From Gammaproteobacteria bacterium (GTDB lineage Bacteria > Pseudomonadota > Gammaproteobacteria > UBA9214), in assembly GCA_029860045.1 (NCBI GenBank), contig JAOUBY010000005.1, positions 1-60,741 on the forward strand: a stretch of 60,741 bases of DNA, in the 5' to 3' direction. Below are positions 1-8,065 of this stretch, piece by piece (positions within the stretch are counted from its first letter, which is position 1; each line of letters begins with the position of its first letter). Made by a program: the position numbers and the translations under genes. The notes below the pieces were generated by a model. It saw nothing but the letters and a program-made list of their open reading frames with translations. It had not been told where the DNA came from and searched no databases.

Positions 1-616
1 GGCAGTCCTCGCAGGCACCGGTGGTCTGGATATGACTGGTCGACTTGCCGGTCGCAATGGTGCCGTTGTGACAGGATGAACAGTTGCCGGTCACCGTAGC
101 GTGGTCAAACAGGGCCGGGGTCCAGGCGTTGCTCGTGTGGCAATCGTCACAGGTATTGCTACTGGTGATGTGGGTTGCTGTCTTGCCAACCGCCGTGGTG
201 CCGTTGTGGCAGCTGAAGCAGGTACCCAGCACAGCGGCGTGGTTGACCTGCAGCACCGGGCTCCAGCTGGTCGTACCGTGGCAATCCTCGCAGGCACCGG
301 TGGTCTGGATATGGCTGGTCGACTTGCCAGTCGCTGTGGTGCCGTTGTGACAGGAAGAGCAGCTACCGGTCACCGTAGCGTGATCGAACAAAGCCGGCGT
401 CCAGGCATTGGTCGCATGACAATCATCACAGGTGTCATCACTGGGAATGTGATTGATCGTTTTACCCGTTGCAACCGTGCCATTGTGACAGGAGAAACAA
501 CTGCCGGTGACCGTATTGTGGTCGAACAGGGCCGGCGTCCAGGCATTGCTTGTATGGCAATCGTCACAGCTGTTGCCACTGACAATGTGATTGATCGTTT
601 TACCCGTTGCAACCGT
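1..616. repeat. Intragenic coding repeats of the multiheme cytochrome (138-bp and 279-bp periods)
   Basis: aatgtgattgatcgttttacccgttgcaaccgt occurs at 446 and 584 (138 bp = 46 aa). ggca(g/a)tcctcgcaggcaccggtggtctggatatg occurs at 1 and 280 (279 bp = 93 aa). Confidence 0.85.
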
Positions 617-1171
617 ACCATCATGGCAACTGAAACAGCTGCCGGGTGACACGCTGTCATGCACAAACAGCGCGCCGGACCAGCTCGTTGTGTTATGGCA
701 GTCCTCGCACAGAGTGCCGGCTTCTACATGACTGGTCGACTTGCCAGTGGCCTGGCCGCCATCGTGACAGCTGACACAACTTCCGGTAACGACATCGTGA
801 TTCATACGCACCAGCGGCATCCACTGTGCACTGGAATGACATTCCCCGCACAGGGGCATGGTCTTGATGTGGTCGGCCGGCAGTGTTTGCCCGGTCATCC
901 GGCTGCTGTCGGCATGACAGACATTACACTCTGCCGGCGTTCCCTCGAACACGCCACGCAAATGACAACTGGAACAGTCGGCAGCCTCGTGTGCACCTTC
1001 AAGCGCAAACCCGGTCGACAGGTGCTCAAAGCTGACAGGATTGCGTTCCGCAGCGGCCTGCGGACTGGTAAACATGGCGACGATAGCTACCAGCATCAGG
1101 GCCACACCTGCCCGCAACATAATAGCCGTCATATTTGCGGACATGCTTCGTTCCCGTGTCTTGCTGTTCAT
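1..1171 (-). CDS. Large repeat-built multiheme c-type cytochrome, PCC3-like (probably the extracellular component); 3' end runs off the window
   Basis: Absent from the ORF track because there is no stop in the window. Manual translation from ATG 1171 (alternative ATG 1144): MNSKTRERSMSANMTAIMLRAGVALMLVAIVAMFTSPQAAA (signal peptide), then 14 complete CxxCH plus a partial 15th, in ~46-47-aa diheme repeats (CxxCHxGxxAxGKxxxHIxxxxxCxDCHxxxxW...FDH). Confidence 0.93.
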   Translation of the reverse strand, partial: MNSKTRERSMSANMTAIMLRAGVALMLVAIVAMFTSPQAAAERNPVSFEHLSTGFALEGAHEAADCSSCHLRGVFEGTPAECNVCHADSSRMTGQTLPADHIKTMPLCGECHSSAQWMPLVRMNHDVVTGSCVSCHDGGQATGKSTSHVEAGTLCEDCHNTTSWSGALFVHDSVSPGSCFSCHDGTVATGKTINHIVSGNSCDDCHTSNAWTPALFDHNTVTGSCFSCHNGTVATGKTINHIPSDDTCDDCHATNAWTPALFDHATVTGSCSSCHNGTTATGKSTSHIQTTGACEDCHGTTSWSPVLQVNHAAVLGTCFSCHNGTTAVGKTATHITSSNTCDDCHTSNAWTPALFDHATVTGNCSSCHNGTIATGKSTSHIQTTGACEDC

Positions 1172-1196
1172 GGCTTCATACCCGTCATCACCCGCT

Positions 1197-2783
1197 TCAG
1201 CGCATCTCTGCCGATTCAAATGACTCTGCGTCATGGCAGCGCTCACAGTGACGACCGAACTGTCCATCGTGGATGTCATCCTGGCGGTGACATCCGTCGC
1301 AGCTTGTTGTCATGCTGATACGGCGTTTGGCCGGCTGCTTGTGACAGGCGTGGCAATCGATGCCCTGATGCCCTCCATCCAGACGGAAATCGGTACCTGC
1401 ATCATGATCGAACTCCCACAATGACCAGGCGTTCGGGTTGTGGCAGGTCTCACAGTTCGGACCGAGCCGTTGCCGGTGCACATCGCCGTCCTGGTGACAG
1501 GTGTTGCAGTCGCCCGGCGCATCGGTAAACAACGCGGACAAATGACACTCCTCACAGGGAGTAACTGCGTGCAGTCCGATCAGCGGAAAGTTCGTCAGGT
1601 CATGATCGAATCGCAGCTGTCCCGCCCAGCCACTCTCGTTATGGCAACTACCGCACTGCTCGCCCAACTTGCCCGCATGCACGTCATCCGGCTTGTGGCA
1701 GTCCTGACACTGCGTACCCAGTTTCTCCTCTTCCAGCTCACCGCGGTGGCATGCACTGCAGAGCAACTCATCGTGCCGCCCGCGCAGCAGAAAATCCGTC
1801 TTGGCATCATGATCAAAAACCATTTTTTCCCATCCGCTGGTTCGGTGACAGGAATCACAACGCTCACCATATCGCTCCCTGTGCACGTCATCATCGCGGT
1901 GACAGGAAACACAATCGGTTCCCAGTTCACGATCAAATGAACCATCACTGTGGCAGGTGTCGCAGGCAACCTTCCGGTGTTTTCCGGTTAACGGATAATC
2001 AGTATTCCTGTCATGATTGAAGCTGATACGTTTCCAGCCCTTTTCTTGATGACAGTCAGCACACTCCGCACCATAACGGCCTGCATGCACATCATTGAAA
2101 CGGTGACAGGCATGGCACTCCGTAGCCGTATCTTCATACTGTTGGTCAACATGGCAGCTATTGCAGGCCACCTCGGCGTGCTCACCATGCAAGGCGAAAT
2201 CTGTCTCGTTATGGTCGAAGTCCTGTCTGCGCCAACCCTGTGCGGTATGGCAGTCATCGCATTGCTCGCCAAGGTTTTCCCGGTGAATATCATCTTTGCT
2301 GTGACATGAAATACAGCGGTGTTCTGCACTGCGATACTTTTTTCCGATTGCATGGCATGCCACGCAATCTGTTCCGGCATGCGCTCCTTTCAGCGCATAA
2401 TCCGTCTGTTCGTGATCAAACGTTTCCCTGCTGAACTGCACGACAATTGCATCGCGACCCTCGTGATCATCGTGGCAGCTACTGCAGCTTTCCTTGCCTG
2501 CCCGGGTGCGACCGTGAAACCCCTTGTTTTCCTTCACATCGTCAGCCACATCCTCGTGACAATCCAGGCACAGCACATTCTGGCTTCCCTTGCTGAATGG
2601 ACGATGGCAGCGACTGCATTCACTCTCGTACTTCGCATGCCCCTGAATGAGCTTCCCGGGCATCACCAGCGATTCAATGCCGGCGGCATATGCCTTGTCA
2701 CTGTTAGCAAACATCATTACAGGCATGGACATCACCAGAATCAGGACCAGTCTCTTCACAACTACCGTCGTCACACGTGTCAA
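1197..2783 (-). CDS. 21-heme periplasmic multiheme cytochrome c (PCC3-like, triheme repeats)
   Basis: Signal peptide and 21 CxxCH motifs. Repeated triheme unit FDHxxTxFxLxGxH..CxxCH..CxxCHxxDDxH..CxxCH..W. Confidence 0.95.
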   Translation of the reverse strand: MTRVTTVVVKRLVLILVMSMPVMMFANSDKAYAAGIESLVMPGKLIQGHAKYESECSRCHRPFSKGSQNVLCLDCHEDVADDVKENKGFHGRTRAGKESCSSCHDDHEGRDAIVVQFSRETFDHEQTDYALKGAHAGTDCVACHAIGKKYRSAEHRCISCHSKDDIHRENLGEQCDDCHTAQGWRRQDFDHNETDFALHGEHAEVACNSCHVDQQYEDTATECHACHRFNDVHAGRYGAECADCHQEKGWKRISFNHDRNTDYPLTGKHRKVACDTCHSDGSFDRELGTDCVSCHRDDDVHRERYGERCDSCHRTSGWEKMVFDHDAKTDFLLRGRHDELLCSACHRGELEEEKLGTQCQDCHKPDDVHAGKLGEQCGSCHNESGWAGQLRFDHDLTNFPLIGLHAVTPCEECHLSALFTDAPGDCNTCHQDGDVHRQRLGPNCETCHNPNAWSLWEFDHDAGTDFRLDGGHQGIDCHACHKQPAKRRISMTTSCDGCHRQDDIHDGQFGRHCERCHDAESFESAEMR

Positions 2784-3739
2784 TACATATGAACTGCATA
2801 GACATGAATGACACCCGACAGCAACAACATCACGAATAATGGCAGGTGCAGCACATGCCAGAGTGCAAACAGGCGTTCATAAAATGTGAAGCCGGCAACC
2901 CGCCGGATGGTTTCCAGGTAACTTCGCAGATAAAAGCGGCTGCTCTGGCGCAGAGAGTGGAGCTGCCTGTTATCAATCCCGCCCTGCCGCTTGAGAATTC
3001 CGAGTGCACGACGCAGGCGGATACCGGCAACAAGACCGCACCAGCGGGACTTGACCCAGGTTGCAAGCACATGGACAAGACTGCCAATCAGCCCGTGCGG
3101 AAGCTGCAGTGTCTGACGTTCGAGCCGAACCAGGTTTTCACTCAGGGCTGGCATGACATCAAACACAACTTGCATGGATTTCCTCAGTGCTACGGCGTCG
3201 CTGCCCAGGTGCGCAAGATCGGCCTTCCTGCCATACAGACCGTAGTGCACCCGTGTATAAAAATACCTTCCCACCAACCCGCTGGAAGCCACCAGCAGCA
3301 TGCTGAACAGCGCCACATTCCCGTTCATGGAACCCAGCTGGAAGTTACAATGATAAAGAATACAAACCGGTCCAATAATTCCCATCAGCATGTGCATGCG
3401 AAACCAGTGCCGTACACGACCCAGGCGCCGCATCCAGCCGGCATGCTTTCGCAACGGATACAGAAGCAGTAGCAGCATCATGATCGCCCCGGCTATTCCC
3501 AGTGCATATCCCGCGCCCTGCTCCGGTGACAGATAGACATCACCCCGCCGCTGCCAGCCGGCTGCCAATACCGCTGCTACCGCGGCATAGAACAACAGGG
3601 TTCGCCAACCCCGGACCGCCATCGAGCGCAAGCGCTCGTTACGACCCGGATCTGCCTCGTTTGCGGCGGCCCGCGGCAGCTCAACGAGCTGTTCCGCAAC
3701 CAGGCTTCCGGTGCCCGATGATACGTTTTCCGGCTTCAT
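2780..3739 (-). CDS. Inner-membrane protein of the multiheme cluster (His-rich TM helices, possibly heme b binding)
   Basis: About 5 hydrophobic helices. His in or near helices (WFRMHMLMG, ILYHCNF, WHVLHLP, IHVYAVH). Overlaps the 21-heme gene by 4 bp. Start placed at ATG 3739. Confidence 0.8.
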   Translation of the reverse strand: MKPENVSSGTGSLVAEQLVELPRAAANEADPGRNERLRSMAVRGWRTLLFYAAVAAVLAAGWQRRGDVYLSPEQGAGYALGIAGAIMMLLLLLYPLRKHAGWMRRLGRVRHWFRMHMLMGIIGPVCILYHCNFQLGSMNGNVALFSMLLVASSGLVGRYFYTRVHYGLYGRKADLAHLGSDAVALRKSMQVVFDVMPALSENLVRLERQTLQLPHGLIGSLVHVLATWVKSRWCGLVAGIRLRRALGILKRQGGIDNRQLHSLRQSSRFYLRSYLETIRRVAGFTFYERLFALWHVLHLPLFVMLLLSGVIHVYAVHMY

Positions 3740-3787
3740 GTCAGTTTCACCCAGGGTCCACAGCAAACCGGTTTACGCACTGAATTC

Positions 3788-3803
3788 CGTGAACCCCATC
3801 ACG
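3788..3803. promoter_or_regulatory. CRP-like box
   Basis: CGTGA-ACCCCA-TCACG, upstream of the membrane-protein/multiheme operon. Confidence 0.5.
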
Positions 3804-3960
3804 GATACAGCCCTGTACCACCTCATTAATCGCTGCATATTGACCGTCACTCTGTGTCATTACATGTCCCTGCCAGGCATACGGATCAGACCGTCGCATC
3901 AGTATCCGTGTGCTGCCGACCGGTTTCTGAGAAACGAGTCAAAAATACGTCGCCCGTAAC

Positions 3961-3976
3961 TGTGACCGCCATCACA
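3961..3976. promoter_or_regulatory. CRP box (perfect core)
   Basis: TGTGA-CCGCCA-TCACA. TATTGT at 3998-4003 fits class II (-41.5) spacing for the 4098 gene. Confidence 0.65.
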
Positions 3977-3979
3977 TTT

Positions 3980-3995
3980 TGGGAATATATTCCCA
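3980..3995. promoter_or_regulatory. Perfect 16-bp palindrome, possible operator
   Basis: TGGGAATATATTCCCA lies directly between the CRP box and the candidate -10. Confidence 0.4.
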
Positions 3996-4097
3996 TTTAT
4001 TGTAGAATGCAATCCATCGTTACATGCCGGTAATCCACTGCCGGCACATTGAGCCCCGGAGCAGAAATCCGGGAGAAAACCGGATCGCTTCCCTGCC

Positions 4098-5399
4098 ATG
4101 ACCGAACACCTGATCATTGTTTATGGCCTTCCGATGCTGTTGATATGGGCCGGCTACCTGACATTGCGCAACCTGAAACAGTCCAGGGCGCATTCACAGA
4201 TGCTGGCCGCGCAGGCAGCCGGACTCACCCAACCGGCATCACTGCATCCCGTGATCAATAGCACTGTGTGTATCGGCTGCAGCTCCTGCATCAGTGCATG
4301 CCCGGAACAGAACGTGCTGGGCCTGATCCGCGACAAGGCCGAACTGATCAACCCCACGCACTGTATCGGACACGGCGCCTGCAATACTGCCTGCCCGATG
4401 AATGCCATCAGCCTGGTATTCGGTACCGCAGAACGCGGCGTGGACATTCCACTAGTGTCTCCGGATTTCGAAACCAACGTACCGGGCATCTATATCGCCG
4501 GTGAACTCGGTGGCATGGGGCTGATACGCAACGCGGTGGAACAGGGGCGCCAGGCAATGGCATCTATTATCCGTTCACGCCGGCAGCAAACCGGGCAGCA
4601 GCTCGATGTGCTGATTGTCGGTGCCGGACCGGCCGGACTGTCGGCCAGCCTGGCCGCACACGAGCAGGGCCTGCGCTACATCACCGTTGAACAGGACTCG
4701 CTGGGCGGCACGGTTGCGCACTTCCCGCGCGGCAAGGTAGTCATGACTGCACCGGTCAAGCTGCCAATCGTCGGGAAAATGAATTTCAGGGAGGTATCCA
4801 AGGAAGCCTTGCTGGAATTCTGGGAGAAAGTCATAGCTGACACTGGCGTTGACATCAATTTCAGCGAACGCGTCGAAACGATCAGTCCGGAAGGTAAAGG
4901 ATTTGCGGTAAAGACGGCATGCAATAGTTACCAGGCCGCGTCCGTGCTGATTGCCATTGGCCGGCGCGGCACACCACGCAGGCTTGGCGTGCCTGGTGAA
5001 GATTCTGCCAAGGTCGTGTACCGGCTGGTTGACCCGGAACAGTATCGCGGGCAAAGCGTGCTGGTCGTTGGCGGGGGCGACAGTGCACTGGAAGCCGCGG
5101 CAAGTATTGCCGAACAACCCGGAACCTGTGTCAGCCTGTCCTACCGCAGCGCATCATTCTCTCGGGCCAAGGAGAAAAACCGTATCCGCGTGGCTGAACT
5201 CAGCGACAGTGGCAGACTGAAAGTGCTGATGTCCTCCAATGTCATGTCCATTAACGATGCTGATGTTGTCATCGAGCAACAGGGCACACAGATACAACTG
5301 GGAAACGACGCGGTTATTGTCTGCGCAGGCGGCATACTGCCCACCGCATTTCTTCAAAAGACCGGCATCGAGGTAGAAACAAAATATGGCACCAGCTGA
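4098..5399 (+). CDS. Membrane-anchored ferredoxin-domain FAD/NAD(P)-dependent oxidoreductase (TrxR/YpdA-like)
   Basis: N-terminal TM helix. CIGCSSCISAC and CIGHGACNTAC ferredoxin motifs. TNVPGIYIAGE, GAGPAG and VVGGGDSA nucleotide-binding motifs. Confidence 0.88.
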   Translation: MTEHLIIVYGLPMLLIWAGYLTLRNLKQSRAHSQMLAAQAAGLTQPASLHPVINSTVCIGCSSCISACPEQNVLGLIRDKAELINPTHCIGHGACNTACPMNAISLVFGTAERGVDIPLVSPDFETNVPGIYIAGELGGMGLIRNAVEQGRQAMASIIRSRRQQTGQQLDVLIVGAGPAGLSASLAAHEQGLRYITVEQDSLGGTVAHFPRGKVVMTAPVKLPIVGKMNFREVSKEALLEFWEKVIADTGVDINFSERVETISPEGKGFAVKTACNSYQAASVLIAIGRRGTPRRLGVPGEDSAKVVYRLVDPEQYRGQSVLVVGGGDSALEAAASIAEQPGTCVSLSYRSASFSRAKEKNRIRVAELSDSGRLKVLMSSNVMSINDADVVIEQQGTQIQLGNDAVIVCAGGILPTAFLQKTGIEVETKYGTS

Positions 5400-7449
5400 C
5401 ATGACCAGGAGCACCTGGCATACATTCCCCCTGGGCGTCATGGCGACGCTGGCGCGTGTCTGCCTGCTTTGCATGCTGTCAGCACTGTGCAACCCGTCAG
5501 TTACGCTTGCGGACACTACCAAACTGGATGAATACCATGCCGCGGTACGTGTGCGCGACATGGACAGGGCAGCGAAAATTCTCTTGCCGCTGGCCAGGGA
5601 CGGCATGGCGGAGGCCCAGTACCAGCTGGCCGCGCTGTACCGCTCGGGCAATGGAGTAGAAAAGGACCACCGTATGGCATTCCAGTGGCTGCAGAAGGCA
5701 GCTGCACAGGACCATGCACAGGCACAGTACAACCTTGGTGTCATGTACGAACAGGGCTGGGGTACCGAAGCAGATTCGAAGAATGCCTTGCACTGGTACC
5801 GGCTTGCCGCCAGCCACGGACACAAAATGGCTGTCCGTAAACTGGAAGACACTCCTGCAGACAATGCAATTCAGAGTGATGTCAGCGCAGAAGAATTGTT
5901 ACGCCGCGCGGTCATCAGGGACGACCTGTCATCCACCCGTTCCCTGCTTGTGGCCGGCGCGGATGTCGATAGTAGCGACGATTACCAGAGAACAATCCTG
6001 ATGGATGCCGCAGAACTGGGTAACCCCGAGATCTTCGCACTGCTGGTTAGCCACAGCAGAAAACCGGACTTACAGGATGCCAGCGGCGAAACCGCTCTGC
6101 ATATCGCAGTCAGTAACGACCGCCAGCCGATCGTAAAACTACTGCTTTCAGCGGGGGCCAGCGCCGGCATCGCGGATCAACGCGGTAACACGCCACTTAT
6201 GATTGCCGCCGGCAGAAACCAGCTCACCATTTTCAGAGCACTGCTTGACAGTCACTCACGCCCCGAAGCCAGTAACAGCGCCGGACTGACGGCTGCTGAT
6301 ATTGCTGCGCGCAAGCAAAACGAAAAAATCCTGAAACTGTTGTCGGGGCATGGCATATACCCTGCCCGAAGCCATACAAAGTCACCCGCACATGCCTCGG
6401 AACTGCTCGCTCTGCAGGAAGAAACAGCGGCAGACAGACCTTCACCGCAGCATGCCATGTCTCCACTAAACGAGGCAGCATGGCGCGGACAGGAAAACAT
6501 CGTGCGCGAACTCATCAGGCAAGACGCCAGCATCAACAGCCGTGATAGCGAAGGTCATACCGCATTGTCGCGCGCCGCATGGAAGGGACACAGTGCAATT
6601 GTCGAATTACTCCTGGACAGTGGAGCCCGCGCGGACATTGTACTCGATGGCGGCATAACGCCGCTGATGTACGGCACGCTCTCGGGTGATGATGCTACGG
6701 TTGTTGCATTACTGGATAGCGGCGTTGATACCAACGCCCGACAGCACGACGGACGCACCGCATTACACCTGGCTGTAGCCGGCGACTACACAGATATTGT
6801 CCGGCTACTGCTGTTACATCAGGCCGACATCGCGCTGGCCGATTCAGATGACAGAACCGTGCTGATGCTGGCAGCGCAGCTCGACAGTCCGCACATACTG
6901 GGAGACCTGCTGGACCGCAACCCCGCCATCAATGCCCGCGACCGCAATGCACATACGGCACTCTGGCACGCAACCCGCAATGGGCTGCCACGTAACACCG
7001 GTTTACTGCTGCAGCGGGGCGCCGATCCGGAGGTTAGTGACCGCAAGGGTCATACCGCGCTGACACTGGCTGCCTCACGGGCAGACAAGGTAATCGCCAA
7101 GCAGCTGGTCAGGCACAAGGCCGATATCAACGTCCGCACCCATGATGAAAACACGCCCCTGATGCTGGCCGCACAGGCGGGTGCTGACGGGCTTGCACAA
7201 CACCTGATCGATTCCGGCGCCGAGGTGAATGCCAGGAACCGGCAGGGCGATACCGCGCTGATGCTGGCCGTCGCCCGTGGCGAGACGGTAACTGTCCGCA
7301 CCCTGCTGGAAGGCGGCGCGGATCTGCGCATCCGTAACAACAGCCGCGCACGGGCACGCGATATTGCCACCGCCGGGGGTTACGACAATATATTAGATCT
7401 GCTGAATAAACATGAGTCCCGGTCCAGCTGGAAGGCCAAATGGTTCTGA
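5386..7449 (+). CDS. Exported Sel1-repeat plus ankyrin-repeat protein
   Basis: Signal-like N-terminus. Sel1 repeats (AQYQLAALY..G.GV, AQYNLGVMY..G.G). Many ankyrin repeats (GxTAL/TPL..A). Confidence 0.9.
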   Translation: MAPADMTRSTWHTFPLGVMATLARVCLLCMLSALCNPSVTLADTTKLDEYHAAVRVRDMDRAAKILLPLARDGMAEAQYQLAALYRSGNGVEKDHRMAFQWLQKAAAQDHAQAQYNLGVMYEQGWGTEADSKNALHWYRLAASHGHKMAVRKLEDTPADNAIQSDVSAEELLRRAVIRDDLSSTRSLLVAGADVDSSDDYQRTILMDAAELGNPEIFALLVSHSRKPDLQDASGETALHIAVSNDRQPIVKLLLSAGASAGIADQRGNTPLMIAAGRNQLTIFRALLDSHSRPEASNSAGLTAADIAARKQNEKILKLLSGHGIYPARSHTKSPAHASELLALQEETAADRPSPQHAMSPLNEAAWRGQENIVRELIRQDASINSRDSEGHTALSRAAWKGHSAIVELLLDSGARADIVLDGGITPLMYGTLSGDDATVVALLDSGVDTNARQHDGRTALHLAVAGDYTDIVRLLLLHQADIALADSDDRTVLMLAAQLDSPHILGDLLDRNPAINARDRNAHTALWHATRNGLPRNTGLLLQRGADPEVSDRKGHTALTLAASRADKVIAKQLVRHKADINVRTHDENTPLMLAAQAGADGLAQHLIDSGAEVNARNRQGDTALMLAVARGETVTVRTLLEGGADLRIRNNSRARARDIATAGGYDNILDLLNKHESRSSWKAKWF

Positions 7450-7450
7450 A

Positions 7451-7464
7451 TTGATCTATGTCAA
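7451..7464 (+). promoter_or_regulatory. FNR/DNR box of the candidate sRNA promoter
   Basis: TTGAT-CTAT-GTCAA, with extended -10 TG-a-CAGTAT at 7484-7492. Confidence 0.65.
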
Positions 7465-7498
7465 TGTCTCAGCAGCGCGCACCTGACAGTATGTACCC

Positions 7499-7561
7499 AT
7501 GTTGTGACATTGAGCTTGCAACATCTCCCACACTTCGCGGGCCTTGTGCCCGCGTCTTTTT
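7499..7561 (+). ncRNA. Candidate anaerobically induced small RNA
   Basis: FNR box at -41.5. 5' hairpin 7499-7524, CU-rich linker CTCCCACACTT, then an intrinsic terminator. No ORF recognised. Confidence 0.5.
7536..7561 (+). terminator. Rho-independent terminator
   Basis: CGCGGGC-cttgt-GCCCGCG followed by tcttttt. Confidence 0.75.
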
Positions 7562-7606
7562 GCCTGTTGACCTGCTCTGGCACACAGGAATCCTTAAGAA
7601 AACCGG

Positions 7607-8065
7607 TTAGCGCGCACTGAGAACGTCGTGAAAGATCGATCGCAGATCGCTCTCCCAGCGCGCAAAGAAAACAGGATCAATCGCATCACCTGCAATCCGG
7701 GCATACACTCCCGGGTTAATCGTCACCAGCACTGTCTGTCCGCCCTCGGCAAAAATGGAGATTTTCGGGGGCATGTAGGGGATCAGCTGCGGCGCCTTCT
7801 CTGTCAACATGCGGATTTCATCGATCTTGCCGGCAAACACGATACGGTACTTGTCAGTCGGGTAACCCATGCCGGTCAGCCCGATATCAATACGCTGCAC
7901 CCGTGATACCGTGTAGCCATGTCCGGTAATGGATTCCTGCAATGCCAGCATGGTCTCGGGAAACGGTAACACCGAACGTATCATGATCATGTCTTCAGCC
8001 GCTGCCGTCACCGTGACCTGTAGTAACAGCCACACCAGCAGCACTTGCAGAGTACTTTTTCTCAC
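7607..8065 (-). CDS. DUF302-like exported protein
   Basis: GTG 8065 overlaps the upstream stop. Signal peptide. DUF302-like pattern (FPETM..L..SI..HGY.V; P.KISIF.EG..T.L..INP). Confidence 0.72.
   Translation of the reverse strand: MRKSTLQVLLVWLLLQVTVTAAAEDMIMIRSVLPFPETMLALQESITGHGYTVSRVQRIDIGLTGMGYPTDKYRIVFAGKIDEIRMLTEKAPQLIPYMPPKISIFAEGGQTVLVTINPGVYARIAGDAIDPVFFARWESDLRSIFHDVLSAR

Noticed and set aside
1-620. Direct repeats that could be taken for a CRISPR array
   Set aside because: Periods are multiples of 3, the intervening sequence is also homologous, the repeats lie in an open CxxCH frame, and no cas genes are present.
84-2792. Plus-strand ORFs such as 101-649, 659-1318, 1440-1940 and 2319-2792
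   Set aside because: They are antisense shadows of the minus-strand multiheme genes. The recurring MAxxT/VAxxA patterns are the reverse complement of CxxCH codons.
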